Origin: Anaerohalosphaeraceae bacterium
GTDB lineage: Bacteria > Planctomycetota > Phycisphaerae > Sedimentisphaerales > Anaerohalosphaeraceae
Direction of reading: 5' to 3'
NCBI GenBank assembly: GCA_963675525.2
Contig: CAXXSL010000011.1
Coordinates: 384,001 to 448,000, forward strand
DNA length: 64,000 nt
The notes under the pieces: model-generated
What the model saw: only the letters and a program-made list of their open reading frames with translations
Databases searched by the model: none
Told to the model about the DNA's origin: nothing
Part shown: one piece after another, positions 51,673 to 61,599 of the stretch
Position numbering within the stretch: position 1 is the stretch's first letter
How the letters are laid out: every line of letters begins with the position of its first letter
Made by a program: the position numbers and the translations under genes

Positions 51673-51758
51673 AACATCCGTTTTCGGCTTTCATCAAACA
51701 AAAAAGCTCAGCCCGAAGGGCTATCCGTTTATTTGATTTTTAATTTTTGATAGTTAAT

Positions 51759-53330
51759 TTATAGTAACAGGCTCTTACCTGTCATCTCTTCGGGTTTTTC
51801 AAGACCCATCACTTCCAGCATCGTCGGAACCACATCGGCCAACCGCCCGCCTTCAGTCATCTTCCGTCCCTTGAAGTCCTCATCCACGATGATAAACGGA
51901 ACATCGCCAACCGTATGAGCCGTATAAGGCATGTTGTTTTCAAAATCCCACATCTTCTCAAAGTTGCCGTGGTCAGCCAGGATCACACAACTGCCGCCCA
52001 GCGACTTGACTTTGTCAACAACTTTGCCGACACAGGCATCCACCGTCTTGCAGGCGATGACCGCCGCTTCGAGGACACCCGTATGCCCAACCATATCCGG
52101 GTTGGCAAAGTTACAGATAACCACATCGTATTTGCCGGTATCCAACTGTTCGAGGATTTTTTCACAGACTTCATTAGCGCTCATTTCCGGCTTCATGTCA
52201 TACGTCTTGACCTTCGGTGACGGGATGATCTGACGATCCTCGCCCTCGAACGGTTCTTCCCGTCCACCGTTAAAGAAAAATGTTACATGGGCATATTTTT
52301 CGGTCTCAGCACAGCGGAATTGCGTCAGCCCCTGTTGACTAAACAGCGCCCCGGCAATGTTCGGCATCTGGTGCTTCGGCTCAAAAGCAACCTTAGCCGG
52401 GATCGTCGCGTCATACTCGGTCAGGCAGACATAGTGCACAGTCGGCCGTACCGCCCGCTCAAACCCGTCAAACGGATCGTCCACAAACGCCCGGGTGATC
52501 TCACGCGGCCGGTCACCCCGGAAGTTAAAGAAGATCACACTGTCGCCGTCTTCCACCAATGCCAGCGGTTTCCCGTCCGCATCGGTAATAGTTGTCGGCG
52601 CAACAAACTCATCCGTTTTATCATCCGCATACGTCGCTTTCATTGCTTCGACGGCGCTGCCGGCCCGGTTGCCGACACCCTGCGTCATGCAATCAAACGC
52701 TGCCTGCACACGGTCCCAGCGTTTATCCCGGTCCATCGCGTAAAACCGTCCCATCACCGTCGCAACCTTGCCGACGCCGATCTCGGCCATCTTCGCCTCG
52801 ATATCGTTCAGGTAGCCCGCCCCGCTGGTCGGCGGCGAATCACGTCCATCGGTAAAAGCGTGAAGATAAACCTCGTCCAGTCCCTTGCGTTTGGCAAACT
52901 CCAGTAAGCCGTAAAGGTGTTTCAGCAGCGAATGCACACCAATGTCACTGCAAAGCCCCATCAAGTGCAGCTTGCTGTTGTTGGTTTTGACATGCTCCAT
53001 CGCCTCATTCAGCACAGGGTTTTCAAAAAAATCGCCCTCACGGATCGCCAGTGTAATTCGAACCGAATCCTGATACACCACCCGCCCGGCGCCGATATTC
53101 TGATGCCCCACCTCGCTGTTGCCCATCGTTCCTGCCGGCAGTCCCACATCCTCGCCATAGGTCCGAATCCGGCAATTCGGATAAGTTGCCATCAATTCGG
53201 TATCCACCGGCGGATTGGCCACCTTGATGGCATTATAAGCATCTTCTTCCGGATGCGGATTATACCCCCATCCGTCACGAATAATCATCACACAGGGGCG
53301 TTTTCTGAGTGTTATTTTCTTCTCAGGCAT
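51759..53330 (-). CDS. gpmI: 2,3-BPG-independent phosphoglycerate mutase
   Basis: MGNSEVGH, DGRD, AETEKYAHVT, DMVGHTG and ADHGN motifs. Confidence 0.98.
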   Translation of the reverse strand: MPEKKITLRKRPCVMIIRDGWGYNPHPEEDAYNAIKVANPPVDTELMATYPNCRIRTYGEDVGLPAGTMGNSEVGHQNIGAGRVVYQDSVRITLAIREGDFFENPVLNEAMEHVKTNNSKLHLMGLCSDIGVHSLLKHLYGLLEFAKRKGLDEVYLHAFTDGRDSPPTSGAGYLNDIEAKMAEIGVGKVATVMGRFYAMDRDKRWDRVQAAFDCMTQGVGNRAGSAVEAMKATYADDKTDEFVAPTTITDADGKPLALVEDGDSVIFFNFRGDRPREITRAFVDDPFDGFERAVRPTVHYVCLTEYDATIPAKVAFEPKHQMPNIAGALFSQQGLTQFRCAETEKYAHVTFFFNGGREEPFEGEDRQIIPSPKVKTYDMKPEMSANEVCEKILEQLDTGKYDVVICNFANPDMVGHTGVLEAAVIACKTVDACVGKVVDKVKSLGGSCVILADHGNFEKMWDFENNMPYTAHTVGDVPFIIVDEDFKGRKMTEGGRLADVVPTMLEVMGLEKPEEMTGKSLLL

Positions 53331-53384
53331 CGTGTCTGAACCTTTCTAAGTTATCGCCATTCGTTGAAACTCCATAGTTTGTCC

Positions 53385-53413
53385 ATAGTAGAAAAACACA
53401 CTACCGCTGTCAA
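53385..53413 (-). promoter_or_regulatory. Sigma70-type promoter of gpmI
   Basis: TTGACA-17 nt-TACTAT on the minus strand. Confidence 0.65.
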
Positions 53414-53516
53414 TCGGTATTCCGGAATTCTACGGTTTGATGCCGTTGAAGTTCATATTTCAACAATTCGATTGACGACAGAAAGGAGCCGGTGAGGTTT
53501 TTATTCACAAAATCCA

Positions 53517-53544
53517 TTGACACAACAGGCGTTTTTGCTATAAT
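53517..53544 (+). promoter_or_regulatory. Sigma70 promoter of the TPR-lspA unit
   Basis: TTGACA-16 nt-TATAAT with an extended -10 TG. Confidence 0.75.
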
Positions 53545-53623
53545 CACCGGCTGAAATTATCCTAATTATTTATGGAAAAATCAGACATTGGGGCCGTCGA
53601 ACACGGTTAGAAAGGTTTTTTGC

Positions 53624-54691
53624 ATGTTCACTGACAAAATTCTCAGGCATCTGTTACTTTTCGGATCATTGTTAGTCTGCATTTTATTCATTGGGTGTCA
53701 GCCGGCCCAACAGATTCCGGCCGCACCGGAGGGAATGACCTATCAAATCCCCGAAATGACCCCCGACACAGGTCTCTCCGAAGAAATGCTGATGCAGGAA
53801 CAGCGGATGCAGGCCGTCAGCCTGTACGTCGATGCCATGATGCTTAACGATCTGAACGAACGGGAAAAAGCCATCGAAAAACTGAATATGGCCGTGAGTC
53901 TGGACCCGGAATTCGCACTGGCCTTTTCGATGAAAGGCGACCTCCTTCAGGAAATGGAAGAGTTTGAAGACAGTGCCGACGCCTATGAAAAAGCCTCCCA
54001 ACTGGACCCCTGGTCCTTTAAGGATTTCTACAACCTCGGGAAAGTCTGCCAGATCATCAAACAGTTTGCCCGCGCTGTCGCCGCCTATGTCGCCGCATGC
54101 AATCTGGACGAAGAACACTACCCCGCCCACATCGGCGCCGCACAATGTTTTTACGAACTCAAAGAGTTCGACAAGTCCATGACCTACGCCGAGAAAGCAA
54201 AAGAACTGTCGCCAGGCAGTGCCGATCCGGAAAAACTGATCGGTGACCTTTTCGAAGAAAAACAGGACCATGGCCAGGCCATCAATGCTTATCGCCGAGC
54301 CCTGGAACTGGAAGGCAATCAACCGTCGATCATGGTCTCGCTGGCCCGGGCTTATTTACGCTCCGGACGCTACAGTGCGGCCAACGAATTGCTGGCCGAC
54401 GCGATCAGGATGGAACCGGACAACGGCATGGCCCATCAGTATCTCGGTTTTACACTGCTGAAGCTCAAAGACACCCAGGCGGCGATCACAAGTTATGAGC
54501 AGGCCGTGAAGATCGACGACAACGACTGGATGGCACACAAAGGACTGGGCGTTGCCTATATGCTGATGTCGATGAAAAACAGCAACGATCAAATGCTTCA
54601 GGCCAGGGCCATAGAACAATGGAATATCTCCCTGCAGATCAAAGACGATCAACCCAAGCTCAGGAAACTTCTGGAGCATTATACGAACTAA
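53624..54691 (+). CDS. Tetratricopeptide-repeat lipoprotein
   Basis: Lipobox FIGC and multiple TPR-like units (A...Y..A..LDP). Start taken as ATG 53624. Confidence 0.85.
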   Translation: MFTDKILRHLLLFGSLLVCILFIGCQPAQQIPAAPEGMTYQIPEMTPDTGLSEEMLMQEQRMQAVSLYVDAMMLNDLNEREKAIEKLNMAVSLDPEFALAFSMKGDLLQEMEEFEDSADAYEKASQLDPWSFKDFYNLGKVCQIIKQFARAVAAYVAACNLDEEHYPAHIGAAQCFYELKEFDKSMTYAEKAKELSPGSADPEKLIGDLFEEKQDHGQAINAYRRALELEGNQPSIMVSLARAYLRSGRYSAANELLADAIRMEPDNGMAHQYLGFTLLKLKDTQAAITSYEQAVKIDDNDWMAHKGLGVAYMLMSMKNSNDQMLQARAIEQWNISLQIKDDQPKLRKLLEHYTN

Positions 54692-54706
54692 ACCCGGGAT
54701 GGCCCA

Positions 54707-55264
54707 ATGACCCAAAACAATCATAAACCGCAGGCGTCGTTCTGCGCCCCTGTGCCGTGGCTGACAGCGGCTTTATTGTTCTGGCCGGTGGCCCTGGGCG
54801 GTGCCGCTGTCGACCTCTGGTCCAAGTCCGCCGTCTTTGAATGGCTCAGTCAGGCTGATTGGCCGGAGTATTCGATCATCGACGGCTTTTTTCAATTTAT
54901 TCTCCGGGAAAATACCGGAGCCGCGTTCAGCGCATTTCAGGGCTGGACCGTATTTTTGATCACGATTTCATGTGTCGCACTGGTCGTAGTCGTCGGCATT
55001 TTCTTTTCACATAAAGTCACCAGCAAGCTGGTCCTGTTCGCAATGGGCTGCATCACCGCCGGCATCATCGGCAACCTGTATGACCGGATGTTCAACGAGG
55101 GACGGGTGCGGGATTTTATCGATGTATATGTCGGCAATTACCACTGGCCGACCTTCAACGTCGCCGATTCACTGCTGTGCGTCGGCGTCGGCGTGCTGAT
55201 CATTTCAAACTTTATATCGCCAACTGGTCAAAAACGTGATCTTCCACAAAAAGAGGAACATTAA
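54707..55264 (+). CDS. lspA: Signal peptidase II
   Basis: NTGAAFS, GNLYDR, VRDFI and WPTFNVAD motifs. Confidence 0.95.
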   Translation: MTQNNHKPQASFCAPVPWLTAALLFWPVALGGAAVDLWSKSAVFEWLSQADWPEYSIIDGFFQFILRENTGAAFSAFQGWTVFLITISCVALVVVVGIFFSHKVTSKLVLFAMGCITAGIIGNLYDRMFNEGRVRDFIDVYVGNYHWPTFNVADSLLCVGVGVLIISNFISPTGQKRDLPQKEEH

Positions 55265-55610
55265 GCCCCACTGCCAGCGCTATCGCATCTGACGGCCGGC
55301 TGTCGATCTCGATCGGCGTATTACCCTGCTTGACATGGATCGTCGCGTAAAATGTATGTTCTCGCAGGTCGCTGACTACCACCTTCTGGACAAGGCCACC
55401 CATTTCTTTGATGGTACAGGCTAGCAGGTCGTGGGTCAGAGGTCGCGGCAGCGCGATGCCCTTGAGTCGCCGGTCGATGGCTAATATCTCGGGCATTCCG
55501 ATGACGATCGGAAACGCCCGCCGCAAACCGCCTAATTCCCGCAGGACAACGACCTGCTGATCGGCCTCTTCATTAATAATGATTTGTGCAAGCTCAACTG
55601 CAACTTCCAT
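55212..55610 (-). CDS. Bifunctional nuclease (DUF151) family protein
   Basis: FPIVIG, RPLTHDL and IDSRPSDAIALA motifs. Start taken as ATG 55610. Confidence 0.92.
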   Translation of the reverse strand: MEVAVELAQIIINEEADQQVVVLRELGGLRRAFPIVIGMPEILAIDRRLKGIALPRPLTHDLLACTIKEMGGLVQKVVVSDLREHTFYATIHVKQGNTPIEIDSRPSDAIALAVGLNVPLFVEDHVFDQLAI

Positions 55611-55651
55611 CGTGTTCCAACCTGCCTTTCCGGCATCGATTCTCACACGTC

Positions 55652-55707
55652 GTCATTCTGAGCGATAGCGAAGAATCTATTTAAACAGTTTCGCCAAAGG
55701 CGAATCC
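55652..55707 (+). repeat. Two-hairpin interspersed repeat, copy A
   Basis: GTCATTCTGAGCGATAGCGAAGAATCTATTTAAACAGTTTCGCCAAAGGCGAATCC aligns with the copies at 58931 and 63737. Confidence 0.85.
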
Positions 55708-55734
55708 TTATTATTGCTGTTTGATTTCTAATAT

Positions 55735-58700
55735 TTACTCTAATTCTTCAAGGTGCTTTTCAATCGCTGCAAGCTGGTCCTGCAATTCGGTCAGCTTCTG
55801 ACGGCTCTGTTCGACCACCTCCGGCTTGGCCCGGCTGGTAAAGTTTTCATTGCCCAGCTTGGCGGCCAGCGGCGCGATGCCCTTCTCGACAAATTCTTTC
55901 TGCTTCTGCAGACGTTTTCGTTCTTCGTCCGGGTCGATCACATCATGCACATACACCTGCACCTCGCCGGCCACCACCGCGGCGGCATTTTCCGGCTTGT
56001 CAAGATCGGCGGCAATGTCAAACGGCTCAACACCCGCAAGCTGGGCGATCAACGCTGCATTTGCCTTTAATAATTGACACATCGCATCCGACGCACTGGC
56101 CGAGGCGGCCACTTTTTTCGACGGTGCAATGTTATACTGGCTGCGTACTTCACGAATCGAACGAATCACCGTCTGCACAATCCCAATTTGCCGTTCGGTT
56201 TCTTCATCGATACAGCCTTCGACACACTCCGGCCACGCCGATACCATGATCGAATCGGCCGCCGTTAATTCCATGATCCCCTTCAACCCACGCTGCGGAG
56301 AAATCGAGTTGAGATTCTGAAAAATGCCTTCGGTAATAAACGGCACAAACGGGTGCAATAGCCGCAGCGTCTGGTCCAGCACGAATGCCAGCACATTTTG
56401 AGCAATGGGTTTTTGTGCGTCATTCAGCATCCGCGGCTTGGTCCATTCCAGATACCAGTCGCAGAAATCATTCCAGAAGAATTTATAAATTTCGTCCAGC
56501 GGCTCTTTATATTTAAAGTCTTTCAGGCCGTCTGTCGTCGCCGCAACGGTTTTCATCAGCCGCGACAAAATCCATTTATCGGTTACATCTAATTTCGCCG
56601 CGTCAAACGCCGCAATGTCCGTCCCTTCCAGGTTCAGCATCGCAAACCGAGAGGCGTTCCACAGCTTGTTACAGAAATTCCGTCCGTTGTCAAACTTCGG
56701 CGAACTGTTGACCGTCCGCCCGTCCGGCAGTTCGATCGCCGCCACCGGCATCCGTACATCCTGCGTATCCGTCGTCATACTCGCCAGCGTAAACCGCATC
56801 GCGTCGGCACCGTGGCTGTCGATCGCCACCAACGGGTCGATCCCGTTGCCGAGACTCTTGCTCATCTTGCGCCCCTGCCCGTCCTGGATCATCGCGTGAA
56901 TATACACATCGCTGAACGGAATATCGCCGATGCAGTACTGCCCCATCATCACCATCCGCGACACCCACAGCGTAATGATTTCGCGAGCCGTGCATAACAC
57001 CTGCGTCGGATAGAATTTCTCCAGCGTCGCATTCTCATCCGGCCACCCCATCGTACTAAACGGCCACAAGGCAGAAGAAAACCACGTATCCAAAACATCC
57101 TCATCGCGAACAATTATGTCATCTACATATTTTTCAAGAAAAATTAAAACATCGCCTGCGTGTGCTTGAATTGTATTTGGAGTAATATCTGGCCCATCTG
57201 AAGGATATGCAATTTGTTTGCTATATTCAGAAATATCATTTAGCAACCGATCGTCTTGTGCATCACTAAGGCAAATGTAAACAATATGTGAATCGTTTTC
57301 TTTTCTATATGACCAAACCTTTCCAATACATCCACATTTCTTCAACAAAGAAGTAAGATCGCCAACTACTTCTTTATATTTCCTATCATCAGGCAATGTA
57401 AAATTCCACACCGGTATCTGATGTCCCCACCAAAGCTGTCGGCTGATGGGCCAGTCGCGCAGGTTCTCCAGCCAGAGCTGATAATTTTTCGTATACCGTT
57501 CGGGAATAAACCGCAGTTTATTTTCAAGCAGCGGCTTCAGCGCCAGCCCCGCCAACGAATTCACCGGCACATCCGTTTCTTTAATATAGGTAACACCCTC
57601 ACGCTTTTCAGTTTCACATCGTCCATCGTCAATCGTCAATCGACAATCGTCAATCTCTTTCTTCACAGCAATATACCACTGGTCCGACAAATACGGCTCG
57701 ATCGGCACATGACTGCGATAGCTGTGCCCCACCTCATGCGCATAATCGCGAACCTCTTCCAGTAAATCTTCCGTCCGGAACCAATCAACGATCGCCTCCC
57801 TCGCCTCAAACCGGTCCATCCCCAGCAGGTTCTGCGCTTCCGGCGAATCGGCATCGTCCCAGCCGTGCTTATCGCTGATGGACCCGTCCGGCGCCATCAC
57901 GTTAATCACGTCCAAATCATGCCGCTGCCCGATCTGCCAGTCGTCCGGGTCATGCGCGGGCGTCACCTTCAAAAAGCCGGTCGAAAATTTCGCCTTCTCA
58001 TCGTCGCTGTCCGGATTCGGCAGCACCACATGCTCATCGGCGATAATCGGTATCAGCCGCCCCACGATCGGCAGCCGTACCATCTTGCCCACCAGCGCTG
58101 TCGCCCGCGGGTCCGCCGGATTCATCGCCACTGCCGTATCACCCAGCATCGTCTCCGGCCGCGTCGTCGCAACCGTCACATGTTCAACCGACTTACCGTC
58201 AATTATCACCGGCGTTTGTAAGGGATACTGCAAATACCAGAAAAATCCCTGCACGTTCTGATGTTCGACCTCATCATCGGCCAAAACCGTCTGCGTCGCC
58301 GGGTCCCAGTTCACCAGCCGCTTGCCGCGATAGATCAGGCCGTCTTTAAACAGGTTAAAGAAATTCGTCCGTACCGCCTTGGCGCACACCTCATCCATCG
58401 TAAACCGCGTCCGCTGCCAGTCGCACGAACACCCCATGCTCTTAAGCTGCCCCAGAATGCACGCCTCGTACTCATCCTTCCACGACTGCACCTTCTCAAT
58501 GAATTGCTCCCGCCCGTTTTCGCCCCGCTCCTGCATTTGTTTATAATCCACCAGCGCCGGTTTGCCTTCGGCCCGCAGCCGTTTATCCACCACCGTCTGC
58601 GTAGCAATGCCCGCGTGGTCCGTGCCCGGCATCCACAGCGTCGCATAGCCCTGCATCCGTTTCCAGCGAATCAAGATGTCCTGCAGCGTATTGTTCAGCG

Positions 58701-58869
58701 CGTGTCCCAAGTGCAGCGCCGCAGTCACATTCGGCGGCGGGATCACGATCGCATACGATGGACTGTTCGCCATCTCATCCGCGTGAAAATAATGCCCCGC
58801 TTCCCAAAGTGCCGCGGCCTGAGCCTCCACCGCCGTCGAATCATAAATTGTCGGTATTTCGCGTGTCAT
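55735..58869 (-). CDS. valS: Valine-tRNA ligase with insertions
   Basis: PPPNVT..LHLGHA, DHAGIATQ, ATTRPET, ISRQLWWGH, DVLDTWFSS, KMSKS and a C-terminal coiled coil. Confidence 0.98.
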   Translation of the reverse strand: MTREIPTIYDSTAVEAQAAALWEAGHYFHADEMANSPSYAIVIPPPNVTAALHLGHALNNTLQDILIRWKRMQGYATLWMPGTDHAGIATQTVVDKRLRAEGKPALVDYKQMQERGENGREQFIEKVQSWKDEYEACILGQLKSMGCSCDWQRTRFTMDEVCAKAVRTNFFNLFKDGLIYRGKRLVNWDPATQTVLADDEVEHQNVQGFFWYLQYPLQTPVIIDGKSVEHVTVATTRPETMLGDTAVAMNPADPRATALVGKMVRLPIVGRLIPIIADEHVVLPNPDSDDEKAKFSTGFLKVTPAHDPDDWQIGQRHDLDVINVMAPDGSISDKHGWDDADSPEAQNLLGMDRFEAREAIVDWFRTEDLLEEVRDYAHEVGHSYRSHVPIEPYLSDQWYIAVKKEIDDCRLTIDDGRCETEKREGVTYIKETDVPVNSLAGLALKPLLENKLRFIPERYTKNYQLWLENLRDWPISRQLWWGHQIPVWNFTLPDDRKYKEVVGDLTSLLKKCGCIGKVWSYRKENDSHIVYICLSDAQDDRLLNDISEYSKQIAYPSDGPDITPNTIQAHAGDVLIFLEKYVDDIIVRDEDVLDTWFSSALWPFSTMGWPDENATLEKFYPTQVLCTAREIITLWVSRMVMMGQYCIGDIPFSDVYIHAMIQDGQGRKMSKSLGNGIDPLVAIDSHGADAMRFTLASMTTDTQDVRMPVAAIELPDGRTVNSSPKFDNGRNFCNKLWNASRFAMLNLEGTDIAAFDAAKLDVTDKWILSRLMKTVAATTDGLKDFKYKEPLDEIYKFFWNDFCDWYLEWTKPRMLNDAQKPIAQNVLAFVLDQTLRLLHPFVPFITEGIFQNLNSISPQRGLKGIMELTAADSIMVSAWPECVEGCIDEETERQIGIVQTVIRSIREVRSQYNIAPSKKVAASASASDAMCQLLKANAALIAQLAGVEPFDIAADLDKPENAAAVVAGEVQVYVHDVIDPDEERKRLQKQKEFVEKGIAPLAAKLGNENFTSRAKPEVVEQSRQKLTELQDQLAAIEKHLEELE
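57618..57655. repeat. Heptamer tandem repeat (ATCGTCA x5) inside valS
   Basis: atcgtcc atcgtca atcgtca atcgaca atcgtca atc. Confidence 0.85.
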
Positions 58870-58930
58870 TTTGTATCCTATTTTTGTTTCCTGCCAACTC
58901 CAACACCGTCATCTCCGAATGAAACACACT

Positions 58931-58987
58931 GTCATTCCGAACGAATGTGAGGAATCTATTTAAACAGCTATCGCCGAAGGCGATTCC
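58931..58987 (+). repeat. Two-hairpin interspersed repeat, copy B
   Basis: GTCATTCCGAACGAATGTGAGGAATCTATTTAAACAGCTATCGCCGAAGGCGATTCC, with a partial copy at about 58904-58923. Confidence 0.85.
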
Positions 58988-59062
58988 ATATTTCTTGTCC
59001 TGCCATAGCCTTGGCGACGGCGGATTGCTCTTTAATCTTTAATTTTTAATATCTCTTCAAAT

Positions 59063-59093
59063 AAAAAGTCCCGGCCAAACACGACCGGGACTT
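59063..59093 (-). terminator. Intrinsic terminator after rho
   Basis: AAGTCCCGGTC-GTGTTT-GGCCGGGACTTTTT on the minus strand. Confidence 0.85.
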
Positions 59094-59126
59094 GTATTGT
59101 AACCATTTTCACAACCGTGTAAAGCG

Positions 59127-60593
59127 TTAATCGAGCTTCAGCGTCATCAGGAATTCTGCGTTCGAACGCGTCTTGCTCAGCCGGTTCTTGAGCAACTCGA
59201 CCGACTCAACCATGTTCATTTCACTGAGCACCTTACGCAGCCTGTACACCAGTTCCAGTTCGCGGGCATCCAGCAGCAATTCTTCACGCCGCGTGCCGCT
59301 CTTGCTGATGTCGATGGCCGGGAACGTTCGCCGCTCGACCAGTTTGCGGTCCAAATGCAGTTCCATGTTACCGGTCGCCTTGAACTCTTCAAAGATCACC
59401 TCGTCCATCTTCGAGCCGGTATCCACCAGCGCCGTCGCGATGATCGTCAGCGAGCCGCCGTTCTCGATATTACGGGCGGCCCCGAAGAACCGCTTGGGCA
59501 TCTGCATGGCATTGGCATCGACACCACCGGTCAGGATCTTGCCGGAGTGAGGCATCTCCGTATTGTACGCACGGGCCAGACGCGTGATCGAATCCAGCAG
59601 GATCACGACATCCTCGCCGTACTCCACCATACGCTTGGCCTTTTCGATCACCATCTCGGCAACCTGGCAGTGACGCGAGGTCGGTTCATCAAACGTCGAA
59701 CTGATTACCTCAACATCCTTGCTGGTCTTGCGCTCCATGTCGGTCACTTCTTCCGGCCGCTCGTCGATCAGCAGAACGATCAGCTTCACTTCCGGGTGAT
59801 TCGTACTGATGGCATTGGCCATCTTCTGCAGCAGCACCGTCTTGCCCGTACGCGGCGGAGCCACGATCAGGCCGCGCTGGCCCTTGCCGATCGGCGTCAC
59901 CAGGTCGATGATTCGCATCCCCAGTTCTTCCGGTACGGTCTCGAGCATCAGCCGTTCTTCAGCGTGCAGCGGCGTCAGATCACGGAACACCACCTTCTCA
60001 GCCAGTTTGTCAGGCTCCTGGTAGTTGATCGCCTCAACGCGAAGCAGCGCAAAATACTTCTCGCTTTCCTTCGGCGGGCGGATCTGCCCCTGAACAATGT
60101 TACCGCTTTGCAATCCGAACCGGCGAATCTGCGACGGCGACACATACACATCGTCCGGCGAGGCCAGGTAGTTATATTTAGGGCTCCGCAGGAAACCAAA
60201 CCCGTCCGGCAATATCTCCAGAACACCTTCCCCGTACATCAGCCCTTCCTGGCGAATGCGTTCCTTGAGAATGCGGAAGATCAACTGCTGCTTGGTCATG
60301 CCGATATAATCGCCGATGCCCTCCTTCTTGGCCATGCTGTGAAGCTCGGTCACTTCCAGATTCTGCAAGTCGGTAATATGCAGGTTACCGCGTTTGATCC
60401 GCTCATATTTGGCGTGAGTGGATTCTTCCTCGGTCATTTCCTTCGTGGGTTCAGCGCCGTTAGACTCGGTCTGGCCGTTGGCCATTTCTTCACCGGGTGC
60501 CGCTTCGGTTTGGGGTTCATCCTGAGGTGTTACCTCCTCGGTTTTCTTCGGGGCTGTCTTTTTTTTGCGCGTTTTTGCCGTTGTCTTGGCCAT
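59127..60593 (-). CDS. rho: Transcription termination factor Rho
   Basis: [35 protein letters not shown] and DSITRLARA motifs. Confidence 0.98.
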   Translation of the reverse strand: MAKTTAKTRKKKTAPKKTEEVTPQDEPQTEAAPGEEMANGQTESNGAEPTKEMTEEESTHAKYERIKRGNLHITDLQNLEVTELHSMAKKEGIGDYIGMTKQQLIFRILKERIRQEGLMYGEGVLEILPDGFGFLRSPKYNYLASPDDVYVSPSQIRRFGLQSGNIVQGQIRPPKESEKYFALLRVEAINYQEPDKLAEKVVFRDLTPLHAEERLMLETVPEELGMRIIDLVTPIGKGQRGLIVAPPRTGKTVLLQKMANAISTNHPEVKLIVLLIDERPEEVTDMERKTSKDVEVISSTFDEPTSRHCQVAEMVIEKAKRMVEYGEDVVILLDSITRLARAYNTEMPHSGKILTGGVDANAMQMPKRFFGAARNIENGGSLTIIATALVDTGSKMDEVIFEEFKATGNMELHLDRKLVERRTFPAIDISKSGTRREELLLDARELELVYRLRKVLSEMNMVESVELLKNRLSKTRSNAEFLMTLKLD

Positions 60594-60880
60594 TTTTTCT
60601 CCTTGTTAAAGAAAAAAGATTGTATCTGTTGCTATTTATCGTCCTGCAAAGTTAAGAATACAGGAAATGGTTTTATCTATTCAGTAGGCTAATATTATCA
60701 GGAAGTCAACTTCCGCCGTCATGGGTCCCCAACAGTGCTGATTACGACATAACGAATGGGGAAATTTGTGTTGTTTATTTCTCCGTGGAATCCGTTCGGG
60801 CCTTAAATCCTAATTGTTTATCAGCTTTTCACTCTTGGCGTAACAGTTTCCCCCACCGGGCCATCAAAACTGATACGATA

Positions 60881-61483
60881 CTAATTTGTAATGCAGGAAA
60901 AGATTTGAGCGACCTGCTCCGTTACCTCTGAAATCTCAGAATTGTTATGAACACTATAATGTGCGATTTCTTTCTTTTTGTCCAGAGAAATTTGATATTT
61001 TTCACGTTTTTTTAGCTGACTTGCATCTATTTTACCTTTTTTGAGACTTCTTTCCAGCCTTTTTTGACTCTCGCAGTCCACGAAAATCAGAAAATCGCAT
61101 TTTTTTTCCCAGCCCACCTCCATCAGCAGCGGCATATCCAGGACGATTCCGGCTGCGGCCGCATCCGCCTGATACTGCACGATGAACCCCTCACATAATT
61201 GCAAAACCCGCGGGTGGATCAGCCCATTGAGGAAATCGATTCCCGCCGGATCGTCAAAGACCCGCCGCCCCAGTGCTTCGCGGTCGACCACGCCCTCTGC
61301 CGTTAATACCGCCGGACCGAACCGCCGGACCACCGCCGCGGTAACCTCCGGCTCATTCAGCACACCGTGCGCCAAAGTATCCGCTTCGATAACCGCACAC
61401 CCCAGCACACCAAACGCTGCCGCGACCATACTTTTGCCCGAACCAATCCCCCCCAATATGCCAATAACAGGTTTTGTCGTCAT
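60881..61483 (-). CDS. coaE: Dephospho-CoA kinase
   Basis: GGIGSGKS, DREALG, IHPRV and DMPLLME motifs. Confidence 0.95.
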   Translation of the reverse strand: MTTKPVIGILGGIGSGKSMVAAAFGVLGCAVIEADTLAHGVLNEPEVTAAVVRRFGPAVLTAEGVVDREALGRRVFDDPAGIDFLNGLIHPRVLQLCEGFIVQYQADAAAAGIVLDMPLLMEVGWEKKCDFLIFVDCESQKRLERSLKKGKIDASQLKKREKYQISLDKKKEIAHYSVHNNSEISEVTEQVAQIFSCITN

Positions 61484-61599
61484 CCCGATATCTTAGCCGC
61501 AATCCAAAAACCGTCAACTGAAAACGCACAACAGGCCAATATTAAAGGGAATACAGAAATGTAGGAATGTAGTCCGGAGCCCTGAATGGGTTCGGCCGT

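Noticed and set aside
57109..57405. Intein or intron in valS
   Set aside because: No splice-junction residues, no homing endonuclease motif, and the frame stays open.
59355..60692. 445-aa antisense ORF
   Set aside because: Shadow of rho caused by codon bias.
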